Shown: positions 52,701-63,713 of the stretch, in pieces
Numbering within the stretch: position 1 is the first letter of the stretch
Layout: each line of letters opens with the position of its first letter
Source of the DNA: Nitrosopumilus sp.
GTDB taxonomy: Archaea; Thermoproteota; Nitrososphaeria; Nitrososphaerales; Nitrosopumilaceae
NCBI GenBank assembly: GCA_965219345.1
Contig: OZ244732.1
Span: 1,120,001-1,184,000 of the forward strand
Direction of reading: 5' to 3'
DNA: 64,000 bases
The notes under the pieces: model-generated
Told to the model about the DNA's origin: nothing
Seen by the model: only the letters and a program-made list of their open reading frames with translations
Databases searched by the model: none
Translations under genes and position numbers: made by a program

Positions 52701-53687
52701 ATGAATTTTGCATATTATGTTATAGCTATAGTTGGCGTTCTTGCTGCAATAATTTTAGGATTGATTGCTGCAGCACCTGATGATATTATAGAACCAAGAG
52801 TAGCTTCTGTTGAAGATATTTCTGTCAATTCTTACATTCTGCCAAAAACTGCAACTGTGGGTGATATTTTACTTATTGAAATTGAGTTTAGAGATGATGG
52901 AAAGAAAATTGTTGATCATGTAAATTATGATATAATTGCTACACAAGATGGAGATACAATTCTTTCAGAACCTGGTTCTCATAGACACCCTGGAATGCAT
53001 CCAATTCATGAAACTAGTGTATTAAGCGAGTCTCCACTTGAAATTCAAGTTACTTTACAAGGTTTAGGTCATGGTGATGATATCTCAGAACCAAAGGGAG
53101 ATGTAACTACTTTGACTGTTGATCCTGAAGTTGGACCAATTGCATGTACTTTGGAACATGCACCAGTTTGTGGTGTTGATGGTGAAACATATGGTAATTT
53201 GTGTATGTTAGATGCTAGTCATATTAAATTAGATTATGAAGGTGAATGTGTGATTGCACAACCAGAACCAGTTGAAGAGAAACCAACTACTTTAGCAGAT
53301 AATGCAGAAGTAACAATTGGAACAGTAGAACAATCTGCGTTTGGTCAGGACTGTGTGGCAGATGGTTGTTACACGCCAAATTCTGCAACTATTGATGTTG
53401 GTGGTGTTGTAACAATGACAAACACAGATACTACTGGAGTACATACATTCACATCCGGAACAGTTGATGGATTTACTCCTTCTCCAAATGGTACATTTGA
53501 TTCAGATATCCTATTATCGGGAGATTCATTTGAATGGATTCCAGATACTGCAGGTGAAGTTCCTTACTATTGTGTGCTTCATACTTGGATGCAAGGCACA
53601 ATCATAGTACAAGAAGCAGAAGAAGAAATCATGGAAGAAGTTGAAGCAACACCAGAACCAGTTGCAGAAACATCGAACCATCAATAG
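52701..53687 (+). CDS. Membrane-anchored Kazal-domain plus plastocyanin-like blue-copper protein, probably 3'-truncated
   Basis: CTLEHAPVCGVDGETYGNLC (Kazal); HTFTSG...YYCVLHTWM (type-1 Cu site). Confidence 0.85.
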   Translation: MNFAYYVIAIVGVLAAIILGLIAAAPDDIIEPRVASVEDISVNSYILPKTATVGDILLIEIEFRDDGKKIVDHVNYDIIATQDGDTILSEPGSHRHPGMHPIHETSVLSESPLEIQVTLQGLGHGDDISEPKGDVTTLTVDPEVGPIACTLEHAPVCGVDGETYGNLCMLDASHIKLDYEGECVIAQPEPVEEKPTTLADNAEVTIGTVEQSAFGQDCVADGCYTPNSATIDVGGVVTMTNTDTTGVHTFTSGTVDGFTPSPNGTFDSDILLSGDSFEWIPDTAGEVPYYCVLHTWMQGTIIVQEAEEEIMEEVEATPEPVAETSNHQ

Positions 53688-53772
53688 CACTAACAATATT
53701 GCATGCTTTTGACAATTTCCATCAATGTTAATGATGTTGCAGAAACATCGAATCATCAGTAGCACTAACAAT
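53661..53772 (+). repeat. CRISPR-like unit: 37-bp direct repeat (2 mismatches) flanking a 38-bp insert
   Basis: gttgcagaaacatcgaa(c/t)catca(a/g)tagcactaacaat at 53661-53697 and 53736-53772. Confidence 0.9.
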
Positions 53773-53811
53773 CTCAATTCCTAAGGCACTATCAAAGGTG
53801 TAAGAACCATT

Positions 53812-54306
53812 ATGAGTGAAGGAGGAGATAACGCGTATTATGTTAATGTCTCATCAGAATCTAAAATTCAAGCTATTGCATGTACGATGGCTTGTATGAT
53901 GTTTAATGAGAAAAAAAATAATTTAATTCCTTATTATGTTCAACCAAAAGAATATTTTGATTATAATGGGAAGCAAATGTCAACAGGATTAGAAAAAATA
54001 ATCTACGTGCCACAGTATGAAATTAAAACACCTGATGAAAAACTAATGCAATCTTTGCAAATCATAAAAGAAAATGATAATCGAATTACAAAAAGTGATT
54101 TAGCAAAAGCTGTAGATGAAAAAAATATTATTGAAATTGGTGCTAAACAAGAGAATTATGAACAAGCAAGATTCACGAGTTTAGATAAAAATATAATTCA
54201 ACCTTTAAAAGATAATTGGAAATTTATCCAAGAAAACAAAATTGGAAGAACAAGATGGGTTGAGATCACTCCTGAAGGAGGAAATGTATTAGAAATTTTA
54301 GACTAG
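53812..54306 (+). pseudogene. N-terminally truncated DUF6293-like (CARF/Csa3-like plus wHTH) regulator
   Basis: YVNVSSESKIQAIACTMACM; C-terminal wHTH ending GRTRWVEITPEG. Confidence 0.6.
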
Positions 54307-54318
54307 AATTAATATTCT

Positions 54319-56745
54319 TTAATTCATTCTAGAAATTTTAGAAATTTCTTCTTGTTTTGAAATCTGAAATATGTTATCTACATAGGCTTCAAGCTCTTTT
54401 TCATGAGAAACAAGCACAATTTGCTGTGATTTTAATTCATCTAGTATTTCCCTGATTTTGCCTAATTGGTTTTTAGAAAATCCATCAGTTGGTTCATCTA
54501 AAATCAGCAAGTTTGATTTTAATGATTTTGTCTCCTTTCTCATTAGAGAATTCAAAGTTAATCTATATGCTAATGCAATGCTGGTTTTTTCCCCACCTGA
54601 AAGGTATCCAACCTCTTGTTCATATCCATCTTGAGTTACAATTGGTGTAAAACCCTCGTCAATTCTGGATTCTTTGGTGGGATCTTCAACAAGAATTGAA
54701 TACCATCTATGATACGTTTCATTAAAACTCTGCAAAATTGATAATAATACCTGTTTTTCAATCTGAGATATGGTTGGAATAAAAAATTCAGTTAGCCAGT
54801 CAAAATATTCTAAAAATTTACCATGCCTCATCTTCCATTTTTGAGATTCGGCAATCTTTTCTTTATTCATTGAAATCTTTTCCTGTTCATTTTCTAGATT
54901 TTGTTTTGATAATGCACTCACAATAGAGGCTTGGTTGATCTTTTGATTATTTTCTTTAAATTTTTGTTCAGTTGATTTTATTTCATCATCAATGTCTACA
55001 AATCGGTTTACTTGTTTTTCAATACTCTGAATCTCTTTCTTATTTTTTACAATGTTCGCCTTAAATGATTTTAAATCAGTTTGATACTTTGAAACTAATT
55101 TTAGAATCTTTTCTTGATTCTTTTTTGTATCTGTTATTGTTACCGAAGAATTCTCGTATTCTACTAAAGCGTCTTTAAGAGCAGAAAGATACTCTACTGG
55201 TTCACTAGATTCATACTTGAATTTCTCTGTTAGAATTTTATTTTGCATCTCTAATTCCTTAATTTTAGCCTCAATTTGAGCAGATTTTATCGATTTTTCT
55301 TCAAATTCTTCAATTTCAGGAATCATTTGTTGATTGTCAAATATTTCAGATTTTAGTTTTTCAATTTCTTTAGAAAATTTTGTATGGTGTTTTTCTGTAT
55401 CAAAAAACGTATTTACAATCTTTTTTAATTCCATGCTTAATTTATTTAGTTCTGTTTTTCGTTCACTCTCTACACCTTTCAAATGTTCTGCTGTAATCTT
55501 TTGCTCACATACAGGACATTTTGCTCCGAGTTTTGTAAATCTGCCAATATCATTTTGTAAATTTTCTATATTTGTTTCATATTTTGTTTTTTGTATTTTT
55601 AGACTATCGATCTCTTTTTCACTTTCTTCAAATATTTTTAGAGTATTCTCCAAGGTTTTTTGTTTATCAATTGTTTCTTTTTGTATTTCTTTTTTATTTT
55701 TATCTGATACTTTTTTACTTAATTTTGAAATTGATGATGATAATTCTGAGACAATAGTTTTTGATTTTACTAATTCATCATTGATTTTTTGAAATTTTTC
55801 AGTCTCTTTTTTGATTTGTGTAACTGTTTTTGTTGTCGGTCTTTTGATTTTATTTAATTTATTTAATTTTTCTTCAAATTCTTCAATTTCTTCTTTGGCA
55901 TCATAGATATCTGTATTAGTTGATTCAATAGATGATTCATAATCTACAATTTTTTCTTCTAATTTATTTTTTATACTTTCAAGTTTTACTTTTTCTATGT
56001 TATGTTTTTGTAGTTGTTTTAATTTTTTGTCTACTAGAATATTTTCTGACTCTAAATCTTTTCTTTCTTTGTCTAATTGAGAAATCTCTGCATTTATCTC
56101 ATCAACTAAATTCTTTGATGCTTTATTTTCTTCTTCTAATTGTCCAGTATCTCTAAATCTTTCTTCTAACCGTGCCATCTGTAGTTCTATTGATGCCGCA
56201 ATATTTTCGGAATTTGTAGCTGCAACAGCATAATCTTCAATTCCAAATGCTCTTCTTATTGTCTCTAGTCGTGTTTTAGAATCTCCAAGAACTTTTTTCA
56301 TCTCTTCCTGAGGTGTAAATACTGCATAACGGAAGATTCTGCTTTCAGATCGCGCGTCTCCAGGCTCATTGAATTTGAGAATCTGAAGTACTCGTTGCTT
56401 TAGCTCTGATGGTGAGAGTAGCTCTTTTTCATCATTTGTTTTGATATACGAATTTTTTGGATCCTGATTTACTCCTGTTGATTTTCTTTTGAGTGTACGC
56501 TTTATCTCGTATTTTTGATCATCCACTGTAAACTCTAAAATCGTATAACCACTGTCTGCTTTTTTTGCAAGAAGCGATTCTGCTTTTTGTGAACCTAAAC
56601 CAAATAATGCAAACTCTATTGCCATCAATACTGTAGACTTGCCAGAACCGATGTCTCCTTCAAACAAAGTAATTCCACGTGGAAACTCTATTTCTTCATG
56701 AGAGTAGCTTCGAATATTCCCTAACACAAGTGAATTAAGAATCAT
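54319..56745 (-). CDS. rad50: DNA double-strand break repair ATPase Rad50
   Basis: GDIGSGKS, CPVC hook, LSGGE, LDEPT. Confidence 0.93.
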   Translation of the reverse strand: MILNSLVLGNIRSYSHEEIEFPRGITLFEGDIGSGKSTVLMAIEFALFGLGSQKAESLLAKKADSGYTILEFTVDDQKYEIKRTLKRKSTGVNQDPKNSYIKTNDEKELLSPSELKQRVLQILKFNEPGDARSESRIFRYAVFTPQEEMKKVLGDSKTRLETIRRAFGIEDYAVAATNSENIAASIELQMARLEERFRDTGQLEEENKASKNLVDEINAEISQLDKERKDLESENILVDKKLKQLQKHNIEKVKLESIKNKLEEKIVDYESSIESTNTDIYDAKEEIEEFEEKLNKLNKIKRPTTKTVTQIKKETEKFQKINDELVKSKTIVSELSSSISKLSKKVSDKNKKEIQKETIDKQKTLENTLKIFEESEKEIDSLKIQKTKYETNIENLQNDIGRFTKLGAKCPVCEQKITAEHLKGVESERKTELNKLSMELKKIVNTFFDTEKHHTKFSKEIEKLKSEIFDNQQMIPEIEEFEEKSIKSAQIEAKIKELEMQNKILTEKFKYESSEPVEYLSALKDALVEYENSSVTITDTKKNQEKILKLVSKYQTDLKSFKANIVKNKKEIQSIEKQVNRFVDIDDEIKSTEQKFKENNQKINQASIVSALSKQNLENEQEKISMNKEKIAESQKWKMRHGKFLEYFDWLTEFFIPTISQIEKQVLLSILQSFNETYHRWYSILVEDPTKESRIDEGFTPIVTQDGYEQEVGYLSGGEKTSIALAYRLTLNSLMRKETKSLKSNLLILDEPTDGFSKNQLGKIREILDELKSQQIVLVSHEKELEAYVDNIFQISKQEEISKISRMN

Positions 56746-57991
56746 CTAACTTTAATCCCAATACCCCTAATGCACCTTGTTTTATTCTTGAAGCATAATC
56801 TGATTTTTTCTCATTTTCTAATGCTGGTTGCCCTAATTCTGATAGTAATTTTTTTGCAAGAGCAACTCCTGAATCTCCAATCAGATTCTTTTGGTTGAAT
56901 CGTAATTGACCAATATTTTCATCAAACACATTTGTCTCAATTTCTGTTTTATTTTTTCCTTTAGATTCAGTAATGTTATACTCTTTGGATGTTAATTGAT
57001 TCTTACTTACATTGACTATCAAAGCATTTCGTTCATTAAGGCTCTCTCGAACTATAGATATATCCACATCCGCAGTTTTACCTACAGTTAACTCACCTGC
57101 TATTTTGATTATTACAACTTTATTTTCAACATCAATGTCTTTGGTTTTTTCTAATAATTCTTGATTAATTGATTCTGCTTTTCTGTTATTGGCATCAACT
57201 TCAATTATTTCATATGCTGTATTTTCAATCTCTATCAACTCTACTGATTTTACAACATCCTCAAATTCAACCAAAACAAAACCTCTTTTTTGCCCGTTTG
57301 CATTACCCTCTAAATCTGCATGATATCCTGCAAATGGGGTTCCGGAATACACAACGTGAGAATATCCGTCAAATGATTGATGGTTGAACTTATGCATGTG
57401 ACCTCCTGCATAGTATGAAAATTCTTTAGGTAGCAAAGAAAGAGGCATTTGGTCCCCATCCATACCTGTATCCGTCTTCATATCAGAAATTCCACCATGA
57501 AACAAGAATATCTTAAAGCCTGATTCTGCCTCCAAAGAATTTCTATCTAGTTTCTCATACCATTCTCTATCTTTTCCAACCTTGAGACCTGACAAACCAG
57601 TAATTTTTGCACCTGTTTTTTCATCAACTACAAATTCCAAAGATATAGTGTTATCATCATGACTTGTAGCGTGAGTTACCTTTGTAATATATCCAATTTC
57701 TGCTAATAAATCAATTACGGAATTTGATACGGGAGAAAAATCATGACTTCCATAAACAACATACACTGGAATTCCAGCATCATGGATCTGACGAAACTTT
57801 GCAAATGCAAATTTTTGAACTCTCATCTCTGGAATATTTACATGAAACATATCGCCCGGAATTAAAATAAAATCCACGTCCCGAGAGATACATTCATCCA
57901 TTGTTTTTTCAAATACTTGCCGTTCTATTTTTTGTAAGGATTCATGTTTTTGAAAACCTAGATGAATATCTGACAAATGCGCAAATAACAA
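56735..57991 (-). CDS. mre11: Mre11 nuclease
   Basis: SDIHLG, GD, GSHD, GHMH. Confidence 0.92.
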   Translation of the reverse strand: MLFAHLSDIHLGFQKHESLQKIERQVFEKTMDECISRDVDFILIPGDMFHVNIPEMRVQKFAFAKFRQIHDAGIPVYVVYGSHDFSPVSNSVIDLLAEIGYITKVTHATSHDDNTISLEFVVDEKTGAKITGLSGLKVGKDREWYEKLDRNSLEAESGFKIFLFHGGISDMKTDTGMDGDQMPLSLLPKEFSYYAGGHMHKFNHQSFDGYSHVVYSGTPFAGYHADLEGNANGQKRGFVLVEFEDVVKSVELIEIENTAYEIIEVDANNRKAESINQELLEKTKDIDVENKVVIIKIAGELTVGKTADVDISIVRESLNERNALIVNVSKNQLTSKEYNITESKGKNKTEIETNVFDENIGQLRFNQKNLIGDSGVALAKKLLSELGQPALENEKKSDYASRIKQGALGVLGLKLDDS

Positions 57992-57992
57992 A

Positions 57993-59576
57993 CTAGAACA
58001 CCTTTGTCTTGCCTATCTCTACCCTGATACCTTTTTCTTTTACGATATCTTCAAACAAAGGAATTTTGATTGGCATTGCAAATGGCACAAAGATACTAGT
58101 AACTATCGCCTCTCCTTTATCTAGACTGGCAATATTTTTGTCATCTTCAGATAAATCTTGAGAAGCAGAAGATATGATCGCATCTCTTTCTTGTTTCATC
58201 TCGTTTCCTAAAATTATTTTTGTATTCATATTTGCAAGAATTGTTTTTGGAATGACACTACTCAATTGTGTAATTGCAGTTAGTCCAACTTTAAATTTAC
58301 GTCCTTCCTTGGCAATTGTAGAATAAATATTGTCATTTCTTGATGTTAACACATCTATCCCGATAACGCGAGGTGCTTCTTCAATAACTATGGTAGCTAC
58401 TGGTTTTCTATCTAATTCTCCATTGGCTTTGGCATCTTTGTATTTTTGTAATAATTTGGATGCAATGATGTTTCCAACTAGTAATTCTGCCTCATCTCCT
58501 AATCGTGATGTATCAAGGATCACAACTTTACCTTGCTCAATATCTTTTACAATGTCGTCAACTGTGGTCAAACCCTTTGTAGTTGAATCAAATACCTCAT
58601 GTCTTGAGAATACAATGTCTTCCTCATCCTTTTCCAGGCTCAAAAGCAGGCGTAGTTTCCTCTGAACTACCATCATTGTGGCTGCCGCAAAATCTCCCCT
58701 ACTTTGACTTGTATTTTCCATCCCTGAAGCAACTGCATCTGTAATCATTAACTCTCGAATCCAGTTTGATCTATGCTGTCTATGAGCCATTCTGATTGCC
58801 TGGAATTGTGGATCTGAAAAATCAATAATTCCTTCAAAGTGCTCAGGTCTGATTGATTGCAAATTAACTGTTAATCTATTTGTACCAACTGGTGGATTTG
58901 ATGGTGTATAATACATCAAATTGTCTTTGGCATGGGAATGGTCTTTTAGCCCCATTCCGGTTCGTCCAAAATATTCGTCATGTGCATCTAAAACCAAGGC
59001 ACCCACTTTGTTGGTGTCTAATACGTGCCAAAGAATAGTTTTCACTAAATTTGATTTACCACGACCAGTAGTTGCAGGAATTAACATGTGATGTGAAAAT
59101 ACATCTTCTGCAGGTAACCATACTTCTGCTTCTTTGATTACTTTACTTCCACTTCGAATATGTCCTACAAAGATTGAATCTTTCTCCTTTTGTAAGAATT
59201 TCAAATCATCTTTACTGATTAATCGTAATTTGTTGAAAAACGAAGGTAATGATTTTGGAATTTTCACCTCTCCTCTCTCTTTGAATACTCGAGCAAGTGG
59301 CTTTATTCTAGCCAAAACATAATTTACAAAATCAGGTTCATAAAAGTGCGCATCAGCAACATCTTGCTCTAAATTAACGCCTGACATCATCTGCTGCATT
59401 CTATCTTGAATTTGACTACCGTACTCCAATGCAAACACTTGTAAAATTAAAAATGAGCCATTCTCTTCTGATACCATCAAGTCTCCAATCTCTAAATCGG
59501 TTCCAGCTTTTTGACGAATTATAATATCTCCAAAACTTCCTCCAACTACTTGGCCTACAATAGATGATTCATCCAT
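57993..59576 (-). CDS. herA: HerA helicase
   Basis: TTGRGKS, EEA, KEGRKF. Confidence 0.9.
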   Translation of the reverse strand: MDESSIVGQVVGGSFGDIIIRQKAGTDLEIGDLMVSEENGSFLILQVFALEYGSQIQDRMQQMMSGVNLEQDVADAHFYEPDFVNYVLARIKPLARVFKERGEVKIPKSLPSFFNKLRLISKDDLKFLQKEKDSIFVGHIRSGSKVIKEAEVWLPAEDVFSHHMLIPATTGRGKSNLVKTILWHVLDTNKVGALVLDAHDEYFGRTGMGLKDHSHAKDNLMYYTPSNPPVGTNRLTVNLQSIRPEHFEGIIDFSDPQFQAIRMAHRQHRSNWIRELMITDAVASGMENTSQSRGDFAAATMMVVQRKLRLLLSLEKDEEDIVFSRHEVFDSTTKGLTTVDDIVKDIEQGKVVILDTSRLGDEAELLVGNIIASKLLQKYKDAKANGELDRKPVATIVIEEAPRVIGIDVLTSRNDNIYSTIAKEGRKFKVGLTAITQLSSVIPKTILANMNTKIILGNEMKQERDAIISSASQDLSEDDKNIASLDKGEAIVTSIFVPFAMPIKIPLFEDIVKEKGIRVEIGKTKVF

Positions 59577-60673
59577 TAACTAGTCACTTCATTTAGCACA
59601 TCATGTGCTGTCAAACTCGCACTATACTTTTGTAATCTCTTCCATTCTGGATGACGCATCTTTTCTGACATGATAAATCCTTGATACATGTTCAGTTCAT
59701 CACGCCTAACTTGGGCAAATCTGTCTGCATCAATTGCACCATATGGGTAGCCAAGCATGGCTACATCCTGGGAATTCTCAACCAAACTGGCAAGTACGGA
59801 ATTTAACATTTCCTTGTCCATCTTCTCAAACTGTTCTCGCAATATCTCGAATCTAAATACAAATCGTGATTTTGCATGAAGCTTTACTGCAAGTATGAAT
59901 CCCTTATCCTCGGTCGATATCTCTTCAGATACTTTGACATACCATCTCTCATGTGGAACGTCTTCTGCAATCTCGGCAATCCTTGCAAGTAATGGATCCC
60001 CTGATTCTGTAATTAGTCTACTAGTTTTTGCCAATCCACAAACAATTACTCCTTTTTTAATTGCCAAATCATATAGTCTCTTTACATATTTTATTTCATT
60101 TTTAAAATTAGTTTGTAATGAACCATCCATTACAATCATGTCTCCCTTCTCAAGTTCTGATTCAACAACATGAATTGCTAATTGCCATTCAGCAAATCGT
60201 CTACCTAAAGAATTCAGCTTTGCACCTTGTAGAACTATGGTACTTTCAGTGCTGGATGTTAAATCTGATTCTGCCGGCAAATATTTTTTATCTTCTGCAG
60301 TATGTGGAAATAATTTTGTACTGTACATGACAGTTTTTTCCCCATCAACGGTTTTAATACTTGAAGTTACACTGGAATAGAATTGAACTCGGGGATTTGC
60401 TTTGGGTTTGATTCTTTTTTTACCCTGAAATATTGAAAAGTATACGCGATTAATTGTGATTAAAAAATTTGGTGATTCTTCTAGTGGTCCATCGCCACCA
60501 TCAACAAATGCAATCTTTCGAGGATTATTCACTGATTTAATTTCAGAAAACTCTGAAGGTGCAATTAGAAACTGTTTCCCTTTTCCATTATTTAGTACTA
60601 TATCTGAATGCTCTGTTTGTGATAGATGAGCACCTAATTCTTCAATCAAACTTTTTACTGGATCTTGAGTCAT
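59576..60673 (-). CDS. nurA: NurA nuclease
   Basis: FVDGG, MDGSL, GYPY; operon with herA/mre11/rad50. Confidence 0.88.
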   Translation of the reverse strand: MTQDPVKSLIEELGAHLSQTEHSDIVLNNGKGKQFLIAPSEFSEIKSVNNPRKIAFVDGGDGPLEESPNFLITINRVYFSIFQGKKRIKPKANPRVQFYSSVTSSIKTVDGEKTVMYSTKLFPHTAEDKKYLPAESDLTSSTESTIVLQGAKLNSLGRRFAEWQLAIHVVESELEKGDMIVMDGSLQTNFKNEIKYVKRLYDLAIKKGVIVCGLAKTSRLITESGDPLLARIAEIAEDVPHERWYVKVSEEISTEDKGFILAVKLHAKSRFVFRFEILREQFEKMDKEMLNSVLASLVENSQDVAMLGYPYGAIDADRFAQVRRDELNMYQGFIMSEKMRHPEWKRLQKYSASLTAHDVLNEVTS

Positions 60674-60870
60674 GTGTAATTTCTTACCTATTGACCTCAT
60701 TGTATACAGTATTGGGCACAACAATGGTTAGTTGGATTGAATAAATCCTTTATGTTATGCTGAACTTTGACAAAACTGATCCATCAAAACCATCCATCCT
60801 TAATGAGAAAATCTGACTTATTTCCTGTTTGGACTAGAATTAATTAAGTGAACAGATCCAGTAAAAACAC

Positions 60871-61689
60871 TTGAAAAAAATTGGTTTGTTGGGTTGTGGT
60901 GCAATAGGAACCCAAATCGCTCTTGCAATTGATTCTGGAAAAATACCTGCAGTTCTAACTCATGTTTATGATAACTCTAAAGATGCTGCAGTTGAACTTG
61001 TTTCAAAATTAAATACAAAGCCTGAAATTGTTGAAAACTCTCACCTTTTATCTTCACATCCAGTACACATTATAGTTGAAGCCGCTTCTCAGGACGCTGT
61101 AAAAGATATTGCACTAAGCGTTTTGCAAAATAAGCGTGACTTGATGATTATGAGTGTTGGTGCATTACTTGATGAATCCATCTACGAAATTTTATCAGAT
61201 GCTTGTAAGGATTTCAACAAAACAATCTACCTTCCTTCAGGTGCAATTGCTGGCTTGGATGGAATAAAATCAATCAAAGATGAATTGGAATCATTGTCTA
61301 TTACTACAACAAAACATCCCGGATCTCTTAAAGGCGCCAAGTTTTTTGAAAATTCTGACATTAATTTAGACGCAATTAGCTCTCCTACAACAATCTTTGA
61401 GGGTACTGCAAAGGAAGCTGTCTCTTTATTTCCTGCTAACATCAATGTCGCTGCACTCTTATCATTGTCAGGAATAGGCAGTGAAAAAACAAGTGTAAGA
61501 ATTGTCGCTGATCCTGACACTGATAAAAACACTCATCGCATTACAGCTTCAGGAAAATTTGGAAAGATGACATTTACAATAGAGAATTTTCCAGATACCA
61601 ATAATCCAAAAACTAGTAGGTTGGCAATTTTATCTGCAATTGAAACTCTGAGAAAATATTGCTCAGATGGGATTCAGATTGGTACCTAA
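60871..61689 (+). CDS. nadX: L-aspartate dehydrogenase
   Basis: GCGAIG, EAAS, SGAIAGLD, FPANINVAA, NPKTS. Confidence 0.92.
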   Translation: MKKIGLLGCGAIGTQIALAIDSGKIPAVLTHVYDNSKDAAVELVSKLNTKPEIVENSHLLSSHPVHIIVEAASQDAVKDIALSVLQNKRDLMIMSVGALLDESIYEILSDACKDFNKTIYLPSGAIAGLDGIKSIKDELESLSITTTKHPGSLKGAKFFENSDINLDAISSPTTIFEGTAKEAVSLFPANINVAALLSLSGIGSEKTSVRIVADPDTDKNTHRITASGKFGKMTFTIENFPDTNNPKTSRLAILSAIETLRKYCSDGIQIGT

Positions 61690-61799
61690 TATGGCAATAT
61701 GCGTGCAGAAAAGACGTACAATATAGCTATTTTTACAGCGATCATACACAATAAAACGCACTGTAACAAACTTTATCCTTTCATGGGAAACGAAACCTC

Positions 61800-61975
61800 A
61801 TGACTAAATCTCGATGTGAGATAATATTTGAGGCAAGCATAAAGTCAGAGCATACTAGGATAAACTATCTTAGATGTATGAAAAAATTCAAGGCCTTTGT
61901 TGGAGTTGAGGGTCTTGATGAATTATTGCATGGTGATCAAAAGACAATTCAAGAAAAAGTCGAAGATTATGTAAT
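61800..61975 (+). pseudogene. N-terminal fragment resembling thaumarchaeal tyrosine integrases
   Basis: FEASIKSEHTRINYLRCMKKF...DELL...IQEKVEDYV, after which similarity is lost; no catalytic domain. Confidence 0.55.
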
Positions 61976-62075
61976 TCCACATGATTTCAGATATTCTAAA
62001 ATTTCTGTGTTGTCATGTAATTTACGTTCCCTTAATTCCCCAACAATTTCATTGGCTCGTTTTTTATTAAGCAAA

Positions 62076-62345
62076 TTATTCTTCCTCTAAATATTCTTGA
62101 ATTCTGTCAATCATCTTTGGATTCAAACTGACCTCTAATCCATATCCTGTAGGTTTTGATAAAATCAGATTCTCTTTGATCAGGGATTCTCCCATTTTAT
62201 CCACTTTTTTGGAACCTTGTTTTCCAGTATCTCTCTGTGTGAACCCTTTCTTGAGATTTTCAAATGAGGTATGACTAGCACCCCAATTTCCACGTCTGAA
62301 GAGTTTTCGTATGATTCTACCTTTAATTTCATCATCTGTTAGCAT
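62076..62345 (-). CDS. Small wHTH-like hypothetical protein
   Basis: WGASHT...KPTGYGLEVSLNP. Confidence 0.65.
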   Translation of the reverse strand: MLTDDEIKGRIIRKLFRRGNWGASHTSFENLKKGFTQRDTGKQGSKKVDKMGESLIKENLILSKPTGYGLEVSLNPKMIDRIQEYLEEE

Positions 62346-62407
62346 GTGTTCACTTACAGTACCTTTGTTGGTTCACATTTAAATACATTTAAAATCATAG
62401 TATTACT

Positions 62408-62731
62408 ATGAAAGACCAATCACTACTCCTACAGTACATGGGAGATACTCCTAAACTCAGAATAATAGACTTCTTTCTGGATAATAGAGAGAGTGACTAT
62501 TCTAAAAAAGAGATTATAGAATACACTGGTATTTCTAAAACTACGTTCTACAAGGTTTGGGATGGAATTTTAGAATTTGAGTATCTAAAAACTACAAGAA
62601 AGTATGGTAAGGCACAACTGTATGCATTAAATCCAGATTCTACACTTATCCAGAAGTTTAAAGATCTGGATAATGAACTTGGGAAGCAATCTATGAAAAA
62701 AGCAGTACAAGAACCAATTCCTGCCTTGTAA
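62408..62731 (+). CDS. Winged-HTH transcriptional regulator
   Basis: GDTPKLRIIDFFL, GISKTTFY, TRKYGKAQLY. Confidence 0.8.
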   Translation: MKDQSLLLQYMGDTPKLRIIDFFLDNRESDYSKKEIIEYTGISKTTFYKVWDGILEFEYLKTTRKYGKAQLYALNPDSTLIQKFKDLDNELGKQSMKKAVQEPIPAL

Positions 62732-63000
62732 AACTTATCAGTTAGTGTAGTGTGGAAGGTGTGTGGGTGTAGTATGTCTCTAAAAGCAACATTGTACAGA
62801 AGCAGTAAGGAATCAAACGTTAGAACAGATCTTAATTTTGTGGAAGCATCACTAATCGAGGTTGATGGGAAAAACAAGTGGAAAACCATAATCCAAAACG
62901 CCTTATTGAACACAGCTACGGAGCAATTTTTTGGAGAAAACATGTCTCGAAGATTACACAGAACCTTGAAATTAATAAAACATACGATATTTCAGGATGA

Positions 63001-63534
63001 TTGAAAATGGGTGTCAAAAATTTTTGGTCATTACATGTTGATGAAGCACTAGTTGCAAGTAAAATAAAGGACAAATTATCTAGTGATTACGAAGTATTTT
63101 TCCCTTATAATTCTCAATTAAAAGATTTTGATTTGATAATATACAATGTAAAAAATCATAAAACAAAAACTGTTCAAGTAAAAAGTTCACAAGGGTATCG
63201 TTCTTATGATTCAACTGCAAGTGGTCATAAAGTTCCTAAAAAGAAAATAAATCCTGAAAAGGTAGATTATTTTATTTTTACTTCACATCTTGAAGTTCCT
63301 AAAAAAAATAAAATTAAACTGGGTATTAAAACCCATTATGTAATAATCCCTACAAAGGAACTTCTGGAGATCGTAAATAAAACAAAAATTTCACCTAAAG
63401 GAATTTGCCGTTTTTCATTTTGTATAGAAGATAAAAAATTATGGGACTGTTGGGAAGGATACCTTAAACCTGCGTACAAAGAAAAGTGGGTTTCATATGA
63501 AAAATATCATGATAAGTGGAAACAACTGTCTTAG
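63001..63534 (+). CDS. PD-(D/E)XK-family nuclease (restriction-endonuclease-like)
   Basis: E...DFDLII...VQVKSS motif. Confidence 0.6.
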   Translation: MKMGVKNFWSLHVDEALVASKIKDKLSSDYEVFFPYNSQLKDFDLIIYNVKNHKTKTVQVKSSQGYRSYDSTASGHKVPKKKINPEKVDYFIFTSHLEVPKKNKIKLGIKTHYVIIPTKELLEIVNKTKISPKGICRFSFCIEDKKLWDCWEGYLKPAYKEKWVSYEKYHDKWKQLS

Positions 63535-63713
63535 CTGCGATATCTTTGGATAGACATTTCGTTGGAACTGAAAAAGAAAAAAAATATTACAAAATTGCTC
63601 TTAAACGAATTAAAGAAATTGGCAGAGAATCAAGAAAGTATTCCTCTAATCCACGGGAAAAAATAAAATTAAATCCTAATCAAAATAAATTGTCTAAATT
63701 GCAGACCTATTGA
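63516..63713 (+). pseudogene. C-terminal fragment of an N6/N4 DNA methyltransferase
   Basis: TTVLAAISLDRHFVGTEK...YYKIALKRI matches the segment after the FxGxG SAM-binding motif, which is missing. Confidence 0.65.

Noticed and set aside
54319-60673. nurA-herA-mre11-rad50 as an anti-phage system
   Set aside because: Canonical archaeal DNA end-resection operon in a core context.
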